DNA of 64,000 bases from Desulfobacterales bacterium (GTDB lineage: Bacteria; Desulfobacterota; Desulfobacteria; Desulfobacterales; UBA2174), in contig CAXXWC010000003.1 of assembly GCA_963668645.2 (NCBI GenBank), forward strand, positions 224,001 through 288,000. The letters are read 5' to 3'. Numbering within the stretch: the first letter of the stretch is position 1; each line of letters opens with the position of its first letter. Below are positions 44,501 to 56,500 of this stretch, piece by piece. The notes beneath the pieces were generated by a model. The model did no database searches and was not told the DNA's origin. It saw only the letters and a list, made by a program, of their open reading frames with translations. Both the position numbers and the translations under genes were made by a program.

Positions 44501-47500
44501 GAGGGCGAAGGCGGGCACGTCGATGTCCAGCGGAATGTCGATCCCGGTGCCGAAGGCCACCCCGCCCAGGGGGACCTCGAACTGGATGGCATCGGCGTCC
44601 TCGGCCAACTGCCACTGGCCGGCTCCGGTATTGGGAGTGCCCGAGTCAGCCACGTAGTTGCCGTCGGCATCATAGATGTACCCGGCCATGGGCACCCGTT
44701 CGCCTTCAATCCAGTCCTTGATGCGGTTGCCGTCCGCATCGTACCAGCCCACGCCGATGTCGGCCGCTTCGATACGGCCGTTGTCGTCGCGATCGGTAAG
44801 GATGTTCAGCTCGTCCGGGCCGAACACATCCCACATGGAATCGCGGATGAACTCGATGGCCTTGCCCGGACCGTTGAGCTTCTCGCGCAGGTCGGCCAGA
44901 AACCCGGTGCGGATATCGGTGAGAAAGGTGGCGGCCTTGTAAAGCTTGTCCCCGATCAGGGGGATGTCCTGGGCGAAGCTGGAGCCCAGGGCATCGCCCA
45001 CGGTGCCCAGGGCCCAGTCGATCCCGTCCAGGATATAGGTCGGATCGTTGAGGATGTTCAGCAGGCCGAAGTCCGGGGCAGTAAAGGTCGGCAGATCCAC
45101 GATGACCGCATCGGCCTCGCCGCTGCCGGCCCCGCCGAAGAGCCGGTCCAGGGCTTCGAGCAGGACCGTGTCCCCGTAATCCTGGTTGTTGGTGTAGATA
45201 TGGACCGGTTCCAGGCCCCAGAATCCGGGGATCTCGATGGGCAAATAGATGTCGAAGCCGCCGGCCAGCTCGTAGAACCAGTTTTCGGAGAGGGTCTCGT
45301 CGACAAAGTAGAAGCGCCCGTCGTCGTCTCCCGGATTCTGGCCTTCGATCCCCAGGGTGAAAGTGGCGTAATCGACGTCGCTGACCGTCGCCCCTTCGGT
45401 CCAGTAATCGATCGAGCTGCCGCCGCTGTAAGTCAGGCTGCCCAATTGGGCCGAGCCGCCCACCACCCCGATGCCGAAGGGGTTGAACATCAGCTCCAGA
45501 TCGGTGCCGTTGATGTACAGGCCGATCTGGATACGGGTTCCGTCGCCGGTCCCCTCGTCGTAGTCGTAGAGGAAAAAGTCGAGATCGCCGCTGAGGATGT
45601 CGGTAAAATCGATGCCGAAATCGAGGACCATCTCCACCCGGGCATCCCATTGCAGATGGGCACCGGCCGAGACCAGCTCATTGACCCAGTCCCAGCTCGA
45701 CCCGAAATCGCCGCCGGTAAACAGGCTCAGCACGTCGCCCAGGTTCAACGCGAAGCTCAGATCGGTGTAGTCGTCACCGATGATGTCCGAAAGGACCTTG
45801 TCCCATTCCAGGTGGATCTTCAGGGTGGTGCGGCCCCCGGCATCGTCCAGCTCCAGTCCGAAGGTGCTCGTGTCGCTGATGCCCAGGGCATCCTCGATGA
45901 GGGCTTCGACTTCCTGGATCACCGCGGCTGGATCCTCGGCGGCCAGTTCGATCTTGTCGAGCAGGTCTCCGATAAAGTCGAAGGCGTCGCTGACCCTCTG
46001 GTTGATGATGGGGATGTTGGCCTCGTAAAAGGAGGTGCTTTCCAGGGCGCTTTGGATGAACTCCACCCCTTCACGGATGGCCTGGATGATGGAGGCGAAA
46101 TCCAGCTCGCGGAAATTGAAAAGGTCGTCGAAATCCGGGTGGACGATCAGGACATGGTCCTGGGCCAGGTGCTGTTCGCGCTGGGCCTGGGTCAGTTCGC
46201 TCTGGGCGAAGACCTCCACCACGTCCCAGTTGAGCAGATCCGGGATGGTGATGGAAAGCTCCATGCTGTCGAATCCGGTGGTATCCAGCCCCGGGATGGC
46301 CGGATCGATTTCGATGCCCACCAGTCCGGCATAGGCGTAGCCGGTAAAATCGAAGAGGAAATGGTCGATGAGCCCGCCACTGACCAGGTCGGTGAAGCTG
46401 AACCGGCGGTCGTTGTCGGTGGACAGATCTCCGTCCTCGTCCAGGGTGATGACCGCCTCGGCCAGCAGGTTGAGGCTCGATTGCGCGTTGCCGCCCACGT
46501 TGAGCTCGACGAAGCCCAGGCGTGCGGCCAGTTCGAGGTTGTCCAGGGTCAGCTCTGCCCGTCCGGCCACCCGGGCGTTGTCGATCAGGAAGGTGATCCC
46601 CTCGGTGCCGGTGGGGCCGTCGAAATCGATCATCCACTCGAAGCCGGCCTCGACGGTCACCAGGACCGTGGCCAGGCTGCTCAACTCCATGGCGAAAACA
46701 TCGCCCAGATCGAAGCCCAGATCGATGGGCCGATCCACGATGTTAAGCAGGTCGTAGCTGAAATCGACGATCCGGTTCAACCCGTCCAGGCCGAACATGC
46801 CCAATCCGGCCAGGTCGTAAAGGTCGAAGCCTTCGAAGTTAAGATCGCTGCCCAGCACATCGCGCAATCCACCGAGGATGTCGGCCCCGCCTAGCAGCCC
46901 CTGGGCCACCAGGTCCATCACTGCCACGTCCACCAGGTCCGAAGCGAGCAGGTCTTGCAGGGAGATGTCGCTCACCCCGAGGGAATCCAGGGCTCCGGCG
47001 GCGATGATGCCGGCACTTTCCAGGTTGGCGATGGAAAGCAGGGTCGCCGGATCGAAGCGCCCCAGGTCGGCACTGTCCAGGATCCCGGCACCGAGCAGAT
47101 CCAGGACCGTGATGCTCACATCGCCAGAGTCGAGCAGGTCGCCGAGGTAGATCAAGGCGTCGCCCAGCTCGTCCTCGGCAATCAGCCCGGCATTTTCGAG
47201 CGCCACCGGATCGATCTGGGTCAGGGGGTTGAACTCGCTTGCGGAGACGAAGCCCATATCGATGATGCCGGAAAGCGAATAGGCATCGATAGCGAGCAGA
47301 TCGCTCAGGGACAAATAGTCGGCGTCGGCCACCTGCTCCACGGCCTGGGTGACCGCGCCGATCAGTTCGGCCGCCGCCAGGTCCTCAAGGCTCACGTCCA
47401 CCAGATCGCTGGCGAGCAGATCGCTCAACGAGATGCTGGCGGTCCCGAGGGAATCCAGGGCACCGGCTGCGATGACCCCTGCCGTCTCCAGATCGCTGAC

Positions 47501-50500
47501 CAGCAAAGTGGCCTGATAATCCAGTCCGTAGAGGGTAATCCCGGCCGCCGTAAGATCGGCGATGCTCAGCAGGCCGGATTCGATAAAATCCCGGATATTG
47601 ATCATCACGCCCGAGGCGAAATCATCCGAATCGAGCAGATCGAAGTTGAACAGGTCCTGCAAGCCGACATTGACCAGCTCGGAGTTCAACAGATCGGCCA
47701 GTGAAATCGTCCCGGCCCCCAGGACCCCGGCCTCGACGAGGTCATAGGCCTCCAGATCGGCGATGGACAGGGTGATGCCCGGATCGAAGGCGTCCAGATC
47801 GATCAGCTCCCAGCGCGCCAGCTGATCCAGCGGGGTGGCGAACATGTCGAGCAGGGCGCCCAGGATGGTGTCTTTGCTGAAGGTGTCGCCGGCTGCGATG
47901 GCCCCCAAATCGAGAAGCTGCTGGTAATCGACCTCCTCCAGGTTGGCCAGGTCGCGCAGGTTGAGATCGTTGAAATCGAAATCGAAGTTCACCGGCAGGC
48001 TCAAGGCGTTGGTAGCCGCGTCGTAGACCATGGAGAGGCCGGGAGGCAGGATGCCGGCTTCGGTGAACTGCTCGACGAAATCCTGGATGGTGTTGATACG
48101 CTCGAAATCGATATGCGAGACGACCTTGTCGGCAAAAGAGGAGGCGAAATCGAAGATCTCGCCCACCTGCATGTCGATCACCGGGATCTCATAGGTCATG
48201 AAATCCAGGTCGGCCATACTGGTGAGCCAGTCGAGGGTGCTTTGAATGATGGAGATGAGGGAACCGAGATTGAAATCGCTGAAGTCGAGGAGCTGCTCCA
48301 TGTTTTGGTGGGTAAAGCCGATCTCAGGAGCGCCGCCCCCCTCGGGGAAGATGGTGCCGGTCAAAGAGAGGCTCGGTGGGTCGGTACCCGAGCCGAAGCC
48401 GTATTGGCCCAAAGAGGCGTAAACCGGCAGGTAGGCGTCGATATAGTTGCTCCCCGTGGGATCGAAGTCGAAGACCCCGTCCACATAAGACATCTCGGCA
48501 CCCAGATCCAGCGAGAGCCTCGCCTTCTGGTACTCGTCGCTGCCCAGACTCACGCTCAGCGGCCCGACGGCCGCTGCCACCACGATATCGTCGGCCGAGG
48601 CATGACCGCTGAAATCGAGCTGCTGGATATCGAAATCCACCGTATCGTCGCCGGTGCCGGCGTCCGTGCCCCAGTTGAAGGTCAGGCTCATGGCCAGCTC
48701 GATGGCGACCTCAAGATCGATCTCCACCTCGCCGTCCACCGTCAGACCGATGGCTTCCACCTCATCGCCGAAATTGAGACTGAACTGGCGCTCGAAGGTC
48801 AGATCCTGGGCAAAGGTCACCGTAATGCCCACGATTTCGCTGCCGCTGGTGATCGTCTCCCAGGTCAATCCGCCGGCTTGGCCGCCCAGGGTGGGAATCC
48901 AATTGGCCTCCAGATATGCGAAAAAGCCGCCCAGGGTCGGGCCGCTGGGGCCGTAATAGTTGGTGCCGCCTTCGCTGGTGCCGTCGCCCAGGGGGATGGC
49001 CGGATCGCGGGTAAAACCGGTATCGTCCAGCTGGGGCCGCAGGTAGTGGCGGATATAGGTGCCCAGCTGGAGCAGGCTGTCGAGTCCCAGCACGTTGTTC
49101 AGGGAGATATCGGTGCCCGGGATGGTGCGGGTGACAATCTCGCTGCCCGCACTGAGCACGCTGCCGTCGGTGTCGTAGATGGGAACGATGTCGCCCCGGA
49201 CGCTCTCGATCTGCTCGCCGAGCATGTCGAGGACCAGGTAGACGGCGGCATCGAAGATCCCCTCGATGTCTTGCAGGTTGACGTCGAATCCCGGATCGAG
49301 CACCCCGTCGTAAAAATCGCTGTCGGCAAAGGTCAGATTGCCCAGTTCGACGCCGCCCCCGCCGATGGTCAAGGTCAGCGGCAGGTAGAGGGAGAAGCTG
49401 TTTTCAAAAGCCACGTCCCCGGCTTTGTTCTGCTCGTGGTTGAAAACGAAGGTGCCCCCATCCAGGTAGACGCTGCCGCCCAGGTTCAGTTCGAGGTCCC
49501 CGTAGTCGCTGCCGACATGGGTGGTCAAAGAGACGGTGTCCTGGTAGGTCAGGGCCAGTTCGATGTCGTTGACCGCCACCGCGGCGCTGACGAAAAACTC
49601 GCCGAAGTTGAAGGCGCTGTTCTCGCCGGAAAGGTCAATGCTCAAATCGAAGGCCAACCCGGTCTGCAGATCGAAGGCGAAATCCAGGTCCCCGGAAACA
49701 GCCAGGCCGCTGTCGCCCAGGTTCGTGCCGAAATCGATGGGGATCGTGTCGGAGATGGTGTAGGGGATGTTCACCGCCACGGTCAACAGGTCGCCGGCGC
49801 CGCCGATGGTAAAGAAGCTCGGGTTGCCCTGGGCGCCGATCCCGGGCAGGGTGACCATCCAGTGGTCGCGCAGAAAATCGACCAGGCCGGTCCAGATCTC
49901 GGAAACCGTGACCCCGCCGTCGGCCACCGAGCCGGCGCCGATCCAGTTGACCGTCTTGAGGTATTCGAGAACGTAGGTATCGATATCGAGCAAGGCTTCC
50001 AGGCCACTGGCGGTGGGCACCCCGGCAAGGTCGTTGTCGGCGACGGCCGCATCGTCGATGACGCTGCGGATGCTCACCGTGGTGCCCGGGATGGTGGCAT
50101 CGAGAAAATCAAGATCGAGGAAGCGATCCTTCAGGTCTCCAGCAAGCCCGGCCAGCTCCTCCAGCAGGGTGCGGATGACGCTGTCGACCAGGTTGCCCAG
50201 CAGACTTTCCACATCCGGGGCCGTGACGAGGATCGGATCTTCGGGGCCAGCGCCGCCAAGGCCGAACAGATGCTGGAAGATCTGCTCCAGACCGTCGTTG
50301 GCGGGCGTTCCGTCGCCCGCGTCATAATACGGGTTGGTGCGGATCCACAGCGGTGTGGTCAAGTCGGTCTCGGCGCCGAAAACATCCACCGTCAGGGGCA
50401 TGAAGAGTTCGAACCCGCCGTCCACCCCTGCAAAATCGAGGCTGTCGAGGAGGTTTTCGCTTCCGAAGTGGAAACGTCCGTCGTCTGCCCCACCGGATTG

Positions 50501-53500
50501 CTGATCGAGGACAAAGGAGACGGTGACGAAATCGCTGCGATCTTCAGGATCGATCAACTCCGGATTGGTGGTGGCGTCCCCGTCGGCGTCGATGGTGGCG
50601 TCGGTGGTGTAGAGCACGCCATCCAGGCCGCCCACCCCGTCCCGGTCATAGTCGAGGCCGTCGTCGTTGGTGTGCAGGCCGATAGAATCGAAGACTTCAA
50701 AACCCAGCGAGATGTCCCGCGCCAGGAGTTTGAATCCGGCGACGACCCGGGTCCCTTCCTGGGTCCCTTCGTCCCAGTCGATCAAAAAGACATCCACCGG
50801 AAGATCGCTGGCACGGGGGGCGACGTCTACTCCTGCCTGAATCTGGATATCGGCAAAGGCCTTGAAGTTGAGCGTGCCGCTTCCCTCGAGAGCGATCAGA
50901 TCGTCGATGCCATCCAGCCCCGGAATGCCCCCCACCAGCCCGCCAAAGGCGGCAAGATCGAAGTTGAAGGGCACGTTCTTCTCGACCTCTTTTTCAAGGC
51001 GCATGCTCAGGACCAGGGCCCCGGCCTGAATGCCCACCGCGAAAAGATCGCCGTCGGTCTCAAAGTCCAGCCCAAGGCTGTCCATGATAAAACGCACCAG
51101 CTTTTGCAAGTCGTTTTCGGGATCACTCAAGGCCCGCTGGACCCTTTCCACCGCCGCCTCGATTTCGTCGATGACATCCAGCAGCTGGCGCGGCGTCATG
51201 TTGATCAGCGGGATGGGGGCGTCGCCGAGCAGCTCGTAGAGCGGACTGTTGGGATCCGTGACCCAGAAGGGAAGCTCATCAAAGGCCTGGAAGACGTAGT
51301 TCTTGGCCCTCAAAAAAGCCGACATGAGATCATCCAGACGCAGGTACTGGTAAATCTCGAAAACGGCCGGCAGATCCTGCATGTTGACGGTAAGGTAGTC
51401 CGGGGCGGACTTGGACCGGCTCGCATCGGCCACTTCAAAGGTAAAAACGGCGGCCGGCCCGGCACCCAACCCGCCCAGACCGGTGTTGACCTGGATCCCG
51501 TAGAGGGTAGCCTCGGCCGTACCGGTGACCGTGGTCAAGAGAAGATCCGTGGCCTCGGGCCCCATGATCTGGGCGAAGGTAAAACTCCGGTCACCGGTGG
51601 TGAGGGTCTCGCCGTCCCCGTCCAGGATCACGGTCTGGGTCAGGGCTACGTGCACCGGATTGTCCAGCTCCGCTTCGGTGCCCAGGCTAACCCCGATGAA
51701 ACCGAGACGGGCCGCAACGTCGGTAAGCAAGGCGTCGAAGGAGACCTCGGCCGTAAGGCTGAAATCCGTCAAGCCCCAGCCCGATTCGGCGGGCAGATCC
51801 TCCAGCGCGACGGTCAGATCGAAAGCGCCGTTGATCAGGGCCTGGAGATCGGCCAGGGTGTCGCTGACCAGGCCCACCAGATCGAGTCCCTCATCCCCGG
51901 ACAGGGTGACGGTGTGACCGGTAAGCCCGAAAAGGTCGGGAACGTACGTGTCGTCGCCCACCAGACCGAGGGCGATGAGCAGATCGAGGTCCGCCAGCTC
52001 GCTGAACGGCAGGGCCCCGCCGTCGTTGAGGGCCTGAAGGTCGAGAATGCGCGAGGCAGGCAGGATGTCCGTGGCGGCAATCAAACCGGCGTCGAGCAGG
52101 GCGGCAAGATCGGCCAGGCCCTGGTCGAGCAGGGCGTCTTTGTCCACCGTCGTGCTGTCGGCCAGGTGGGCCGGGGTGACCACTTCGTGCTTGACCAGCT
52201 CGGCCAGGGTCGCCAGGGGGCTGCCGCCCGCGTTGAGCAGGGTATCGCCGCTGGCGGCGGTCAGAACCACCGTGTCGTCGACCACCAATCCATAGGCGTC
52301 GATGAGGGCCTGATCATAGATGTCGGAGCGGTTGATGCGATCCAGGGTCACCCCGGTGACGCTGCCCGTGTAGTCGCCCGCGTCCACAAGCCCTTGATCC
52401 ACCAAGTGCGTCAAGGAGACCAGACCGGAGGCCAGCAAGGGATAGAGTCCCACCGTGCCGTCTTCGATCAGGTTCAGTGCGTTCAGGTCCGCCGTGGTCG
52501 CCAGGCCCGCCGCAGTCAGAGCGGCCGGGGAAAGATCGATATCCTCGAAACTGCCGGCCGTGATCAGCCCCGCCTCGATGAGGGCGGCCAGTTGGCCCGG
52601 GGTGGCGCTGTTGCGGATGATCAGATCGTCGGCATCCAGGGCGCCCAGATCGACAAGCTCGCCGATGTAGACCCGCTGGATCAGTTCATGCAGAAAAACC
52701 TGGTGGGCGCTGATGTAGTTGTTCAGGTCCCCGTATTCGAACAGGACCGAATACTCCAGCTCGCGGATGTCCAGATCGAGGTTGGCCGCATCGGTCAGGC
52801 CGGATGCATCGAGGTAGCCCTCCTCGATCAGGCCGGCCAGGCTGATCTGTTCGTAATCCAAGGCGATGAGGCTGTAAAGGGGCACCGTGGCGGCATAAGC
52901 GTCGTCGATGTCCACCGAGAACCCGGCTTCGAGGGCGGTTACATCCAGATCGAGATTGTCGAAATCGTAGACATCGACGAATTCCCCGGTCACGTATTCG
53001 GCCAGGGTGACATCATATAAAATGGAAGAAAGCAGGGTCTCCAGGTCCACCGTGCCCACGTGCACGATCTCGTCCAGGTCCCCGGATGTCATTCCCAGAA
53101 GGATCTCGATATCGCTCTGTTCGAAAATCTTGTCGATGAAGCGCTCGCCGCGCAGCAGCCCGCGGTTCACCATCTGAGCGAAGGGACTGTATGGATCGAG
53201 GAGCAGCACCTCGATGGGGATGATGTCGCTGGTACGCGGGTCGGGGAGGGTATCCCCGTCGTCTGGATTTTCATAAAGATAGGTCGGAAACTGCTCGGTG
53301 ACATAGTGGGTGCTGACCACGTCCGACTCGAGCAGCAGATCCAGATCGACGAAGGCGTCGGCAACAAGATCGGCCTCGCCCATCAGACCGGCATCCACCA
53401 GTTGGCGCAGACGGACAGGACTGTCATCCCAGAAATCGGCCGGATCGACCAGGCCGGCGGCCACCAGATCGTTCTCGCTGACCAGTCCGGTGGCAAAGAG

Positions 53501-56500
53501 GGCTTCCAGATCGATATCCGCGCCGGCCAACCCGGCATCAGCCAGGGCGCTGCGGCCGACCACGTCTGCGGCGAGGATGTCGGCCAAAAGAAGCACCGAG
53601 GTCGTCAGATGGACCGGCGTCACCATGCCGGAATCGGCCAGGTCGGCCAGCCCGGTCAGATTCAGGGCCAACAGATCCTCCAGGGCGACGAAATCGGGTG
53701 CTCCCGCCTGGACCAGATCGTTGTTCTCAAGGTCGCTGGCCGGCACCAGACCGCTGGCCAGCAGATCGGCCTCGCTGACCGTTGCCCCGGTCAAATCAAA
53801 ATCGGAACTGTTCAACAGCCCGCTTTGCACCAGTGCCCCGAGGCTCAGATAGGCCAGCGCAGCAAGGTCGGCGACGGCCACCACGTCCTTGCCCTGGAGG
53901 TTCTGGGTGACAAACGCATCGAGAATCGCCTCTTCAAGCAGATCCGATTCCAGAAGCGCTTCGGCACTGACCGTTCCCTGGACGAACAGGTCGTCGAGAT
54001 CGACCGGGGAAAGATCGTCCTCAAGATCACTCTCGGCGATCAAGCCGGCCAGTCGGAGGTCGGCCAGGGTGACGCCGGTTGCGGCCAGCAGGTCGGCCAG
54101 ATCGACGCCGGTGCCGTGCACGAGATACCCGTCTTCTTCCAGGGCCTCGATGGCGGCCGCGGAAAAGCCGAAGGCGTCCAGATCGGCCAGCGGCAGATCG
54201 ACCAGATCCGACTGATCAATCTGACCCAGACCGACGAGGTCGGCGATGGTGAGGTATCCGTCCTCCACGACCCCGGCCGCACCGTAGCGTTCCAGGAGGC
54301 TGGCGTCGATGACATGGGCACCGGTGATGGTATCGGCCTCCACCTCTCCCAAAGGACGCACGTCGTCGTGATCGATGATGCCGAAATAGATCAGATGGTG
54401 GAGTTTGACCGGAAGATCGGCATCGGCCAGCAGGGTGTCGAGGTCGATGATCGAGCCGGGGCCGATCAGCCCGCCGGTGGAAACGATCTGGCCGTAAAGC
54501 GAAGCGGCCTGGGCCGCGACATCCGAAGCGAGCAATTCATCCACCGCCATCTGCGCCGGTCCGATGAGGTTCTGGCGGGCAAGATCGCCCAGATCGGCCA
54601 GACCCGATTCGATCAAGGCGGGGATATCCAACTGATCCAGGCCCAGGTCGGCCAGATCAAGCAGGGCACCTGCGACCAGATCGCTCAGGGAAACCAGGCC
54701 GCTGTCCACCAGGGCACCGAGGTCATCGAGGTAGCCGCTGGCCAGATCGTTCACGTCCACCAGGGCTGCCGCCGCCAGTTGGTCGATGCCGGCGATGCCC
54801 GATTCAAGAAGGTCTGAAAGCCTGAAGGTAAGATCCGCCGCCAGATCGCCCGCATCGACATCACCGCTGCCGATGAGTTCATCGAGGGTCACCACCCCGC
54901 TGTTGACCAGGTCGTGCAGGGACACGTTGCCCAGCCCATCGACCAGATCCGAAAAATCGAGTTCGAAGGCGCTGGCCAGCCCGTCGGAGATGAGCCCGGC
55001 CGCAGGAAGGGCCAGGTCGATGAAATCGTCCACCGTCAGAAGCCCCTCATCCACCGCCGCGGCCAGATCCGCGACCCCTTGGCTGAAAAAGTCGTCGGCA
55101 TCCACCGCCGTGGTGGCCACGAAGTCGGCGGTGGCCACCAGCCCGGCGTCGATCAGGTCGCTCAGATCTGCGGCGGTGGCGGCCACCAGGTCCGTGATGT
55201 CAACCATCGCCGTGGAGAGGAAATCCTGGATACCGATCAATCCCTGGTCCACCATCTGCTGCAAGGAGGCGATGCCCTGATCGACGATATCGCCGATGCC
55301 CAGTGCATCGAGGCTGATATCTCCCAGGTCGAACAGGCCGCTATCGAAGAGATCTTCCAGCAGGTTCTGGGCCGTATCGATGCCGCTTGCCAGGAGTGCG
55401 TCGAGATCGACCAGATCGGCAACCACGGTGGCGCCGGCCAAGTCCGCGGCCATATCGGCCACGCTGGTCGCCGCCAGGTTCACGTCCCGGATGAAACCGA
55501 GGTTGGCGGTGATTGAGCCCACGGTGATGATCCCGGCCTCGGCCAGCGCACCGAGGGTGACCAGTCCCGAATCGATCAGATCGTCCAGGTCAATCCGGCC
55601 TTCGGTGTCGATCAGACCCAGCGCCGCCAGGGCCGCCGGGCCGATGATCCCGGCCTCGGTCAGATCAGCGGCATCGACTCCGGACCAGTCGGCCACCGAA
55701 TCGGCACCCAGGACCCCGGCGGCCGCCACAGCGGCCAGATCGGCGAATCCGCTGGCGAGCAGATCGTCGGGATCGACATAGGAACCGATTTGAATCAATC
55801 CCTCATCTACCAGAAGATCGAGATCGACCCATCCCAGGGCATCGAGGTCACGCAGGGTGAGTTCATCCAGCTGGAGCTCAAAGGCAAAAGGGATCGTAAG
55901 GGTCGCTGTGACCGGATCGTAGGCGATGGCCTGACCTTCGGCCAGCAGGCCGGCGGCGCCGACGGCCGCTTCAAAGTCCTGCAGGCTCTGCATGCCATCG
56001 AAATCGAGCCGGCTCAGCACCGCCAGATCAAAGGCGGCTCCCAGATCGAGAACGTTGGCCAGGCGGGCGTCGATAAAGGGGATCTCGATGTTGAAGGGCT
56101 GTGACACCTCGAGCCGCGGCAGGAATGTATCGCGCAGGGCCGAGAGTCTGCCCTGGAGTTCGGAAAGGGTGAGACCTGTAAAGGCCAGCAAGGGGTCGAG
56201 GTTGGCCCCGGTCCCGCTCACGGCCGCAAGGCCCTGGCCGCCCTGTGTCGAGAGGAAAAGATCCCCGCTCAGGCCCACAGTCGCCTGGGGGCCCGGGTTG
56301 ACGTCTATGCCGGCCAGAAAGGCGTAGATGGGCAGGTAAAGATCGAGGTGCGACACCGGATCGCCCACCGGATCGTAGACCACGGCGTATTGATCCGCCC
56401 CGGCCTCATAGGCGATATCGAGGTGGACCCCGAAATCCATCGTTGCTGCATCGTGTCGCGGATGGCCGGCGGCAGCTTCCAAGTCGCCTATATTAAAAGG

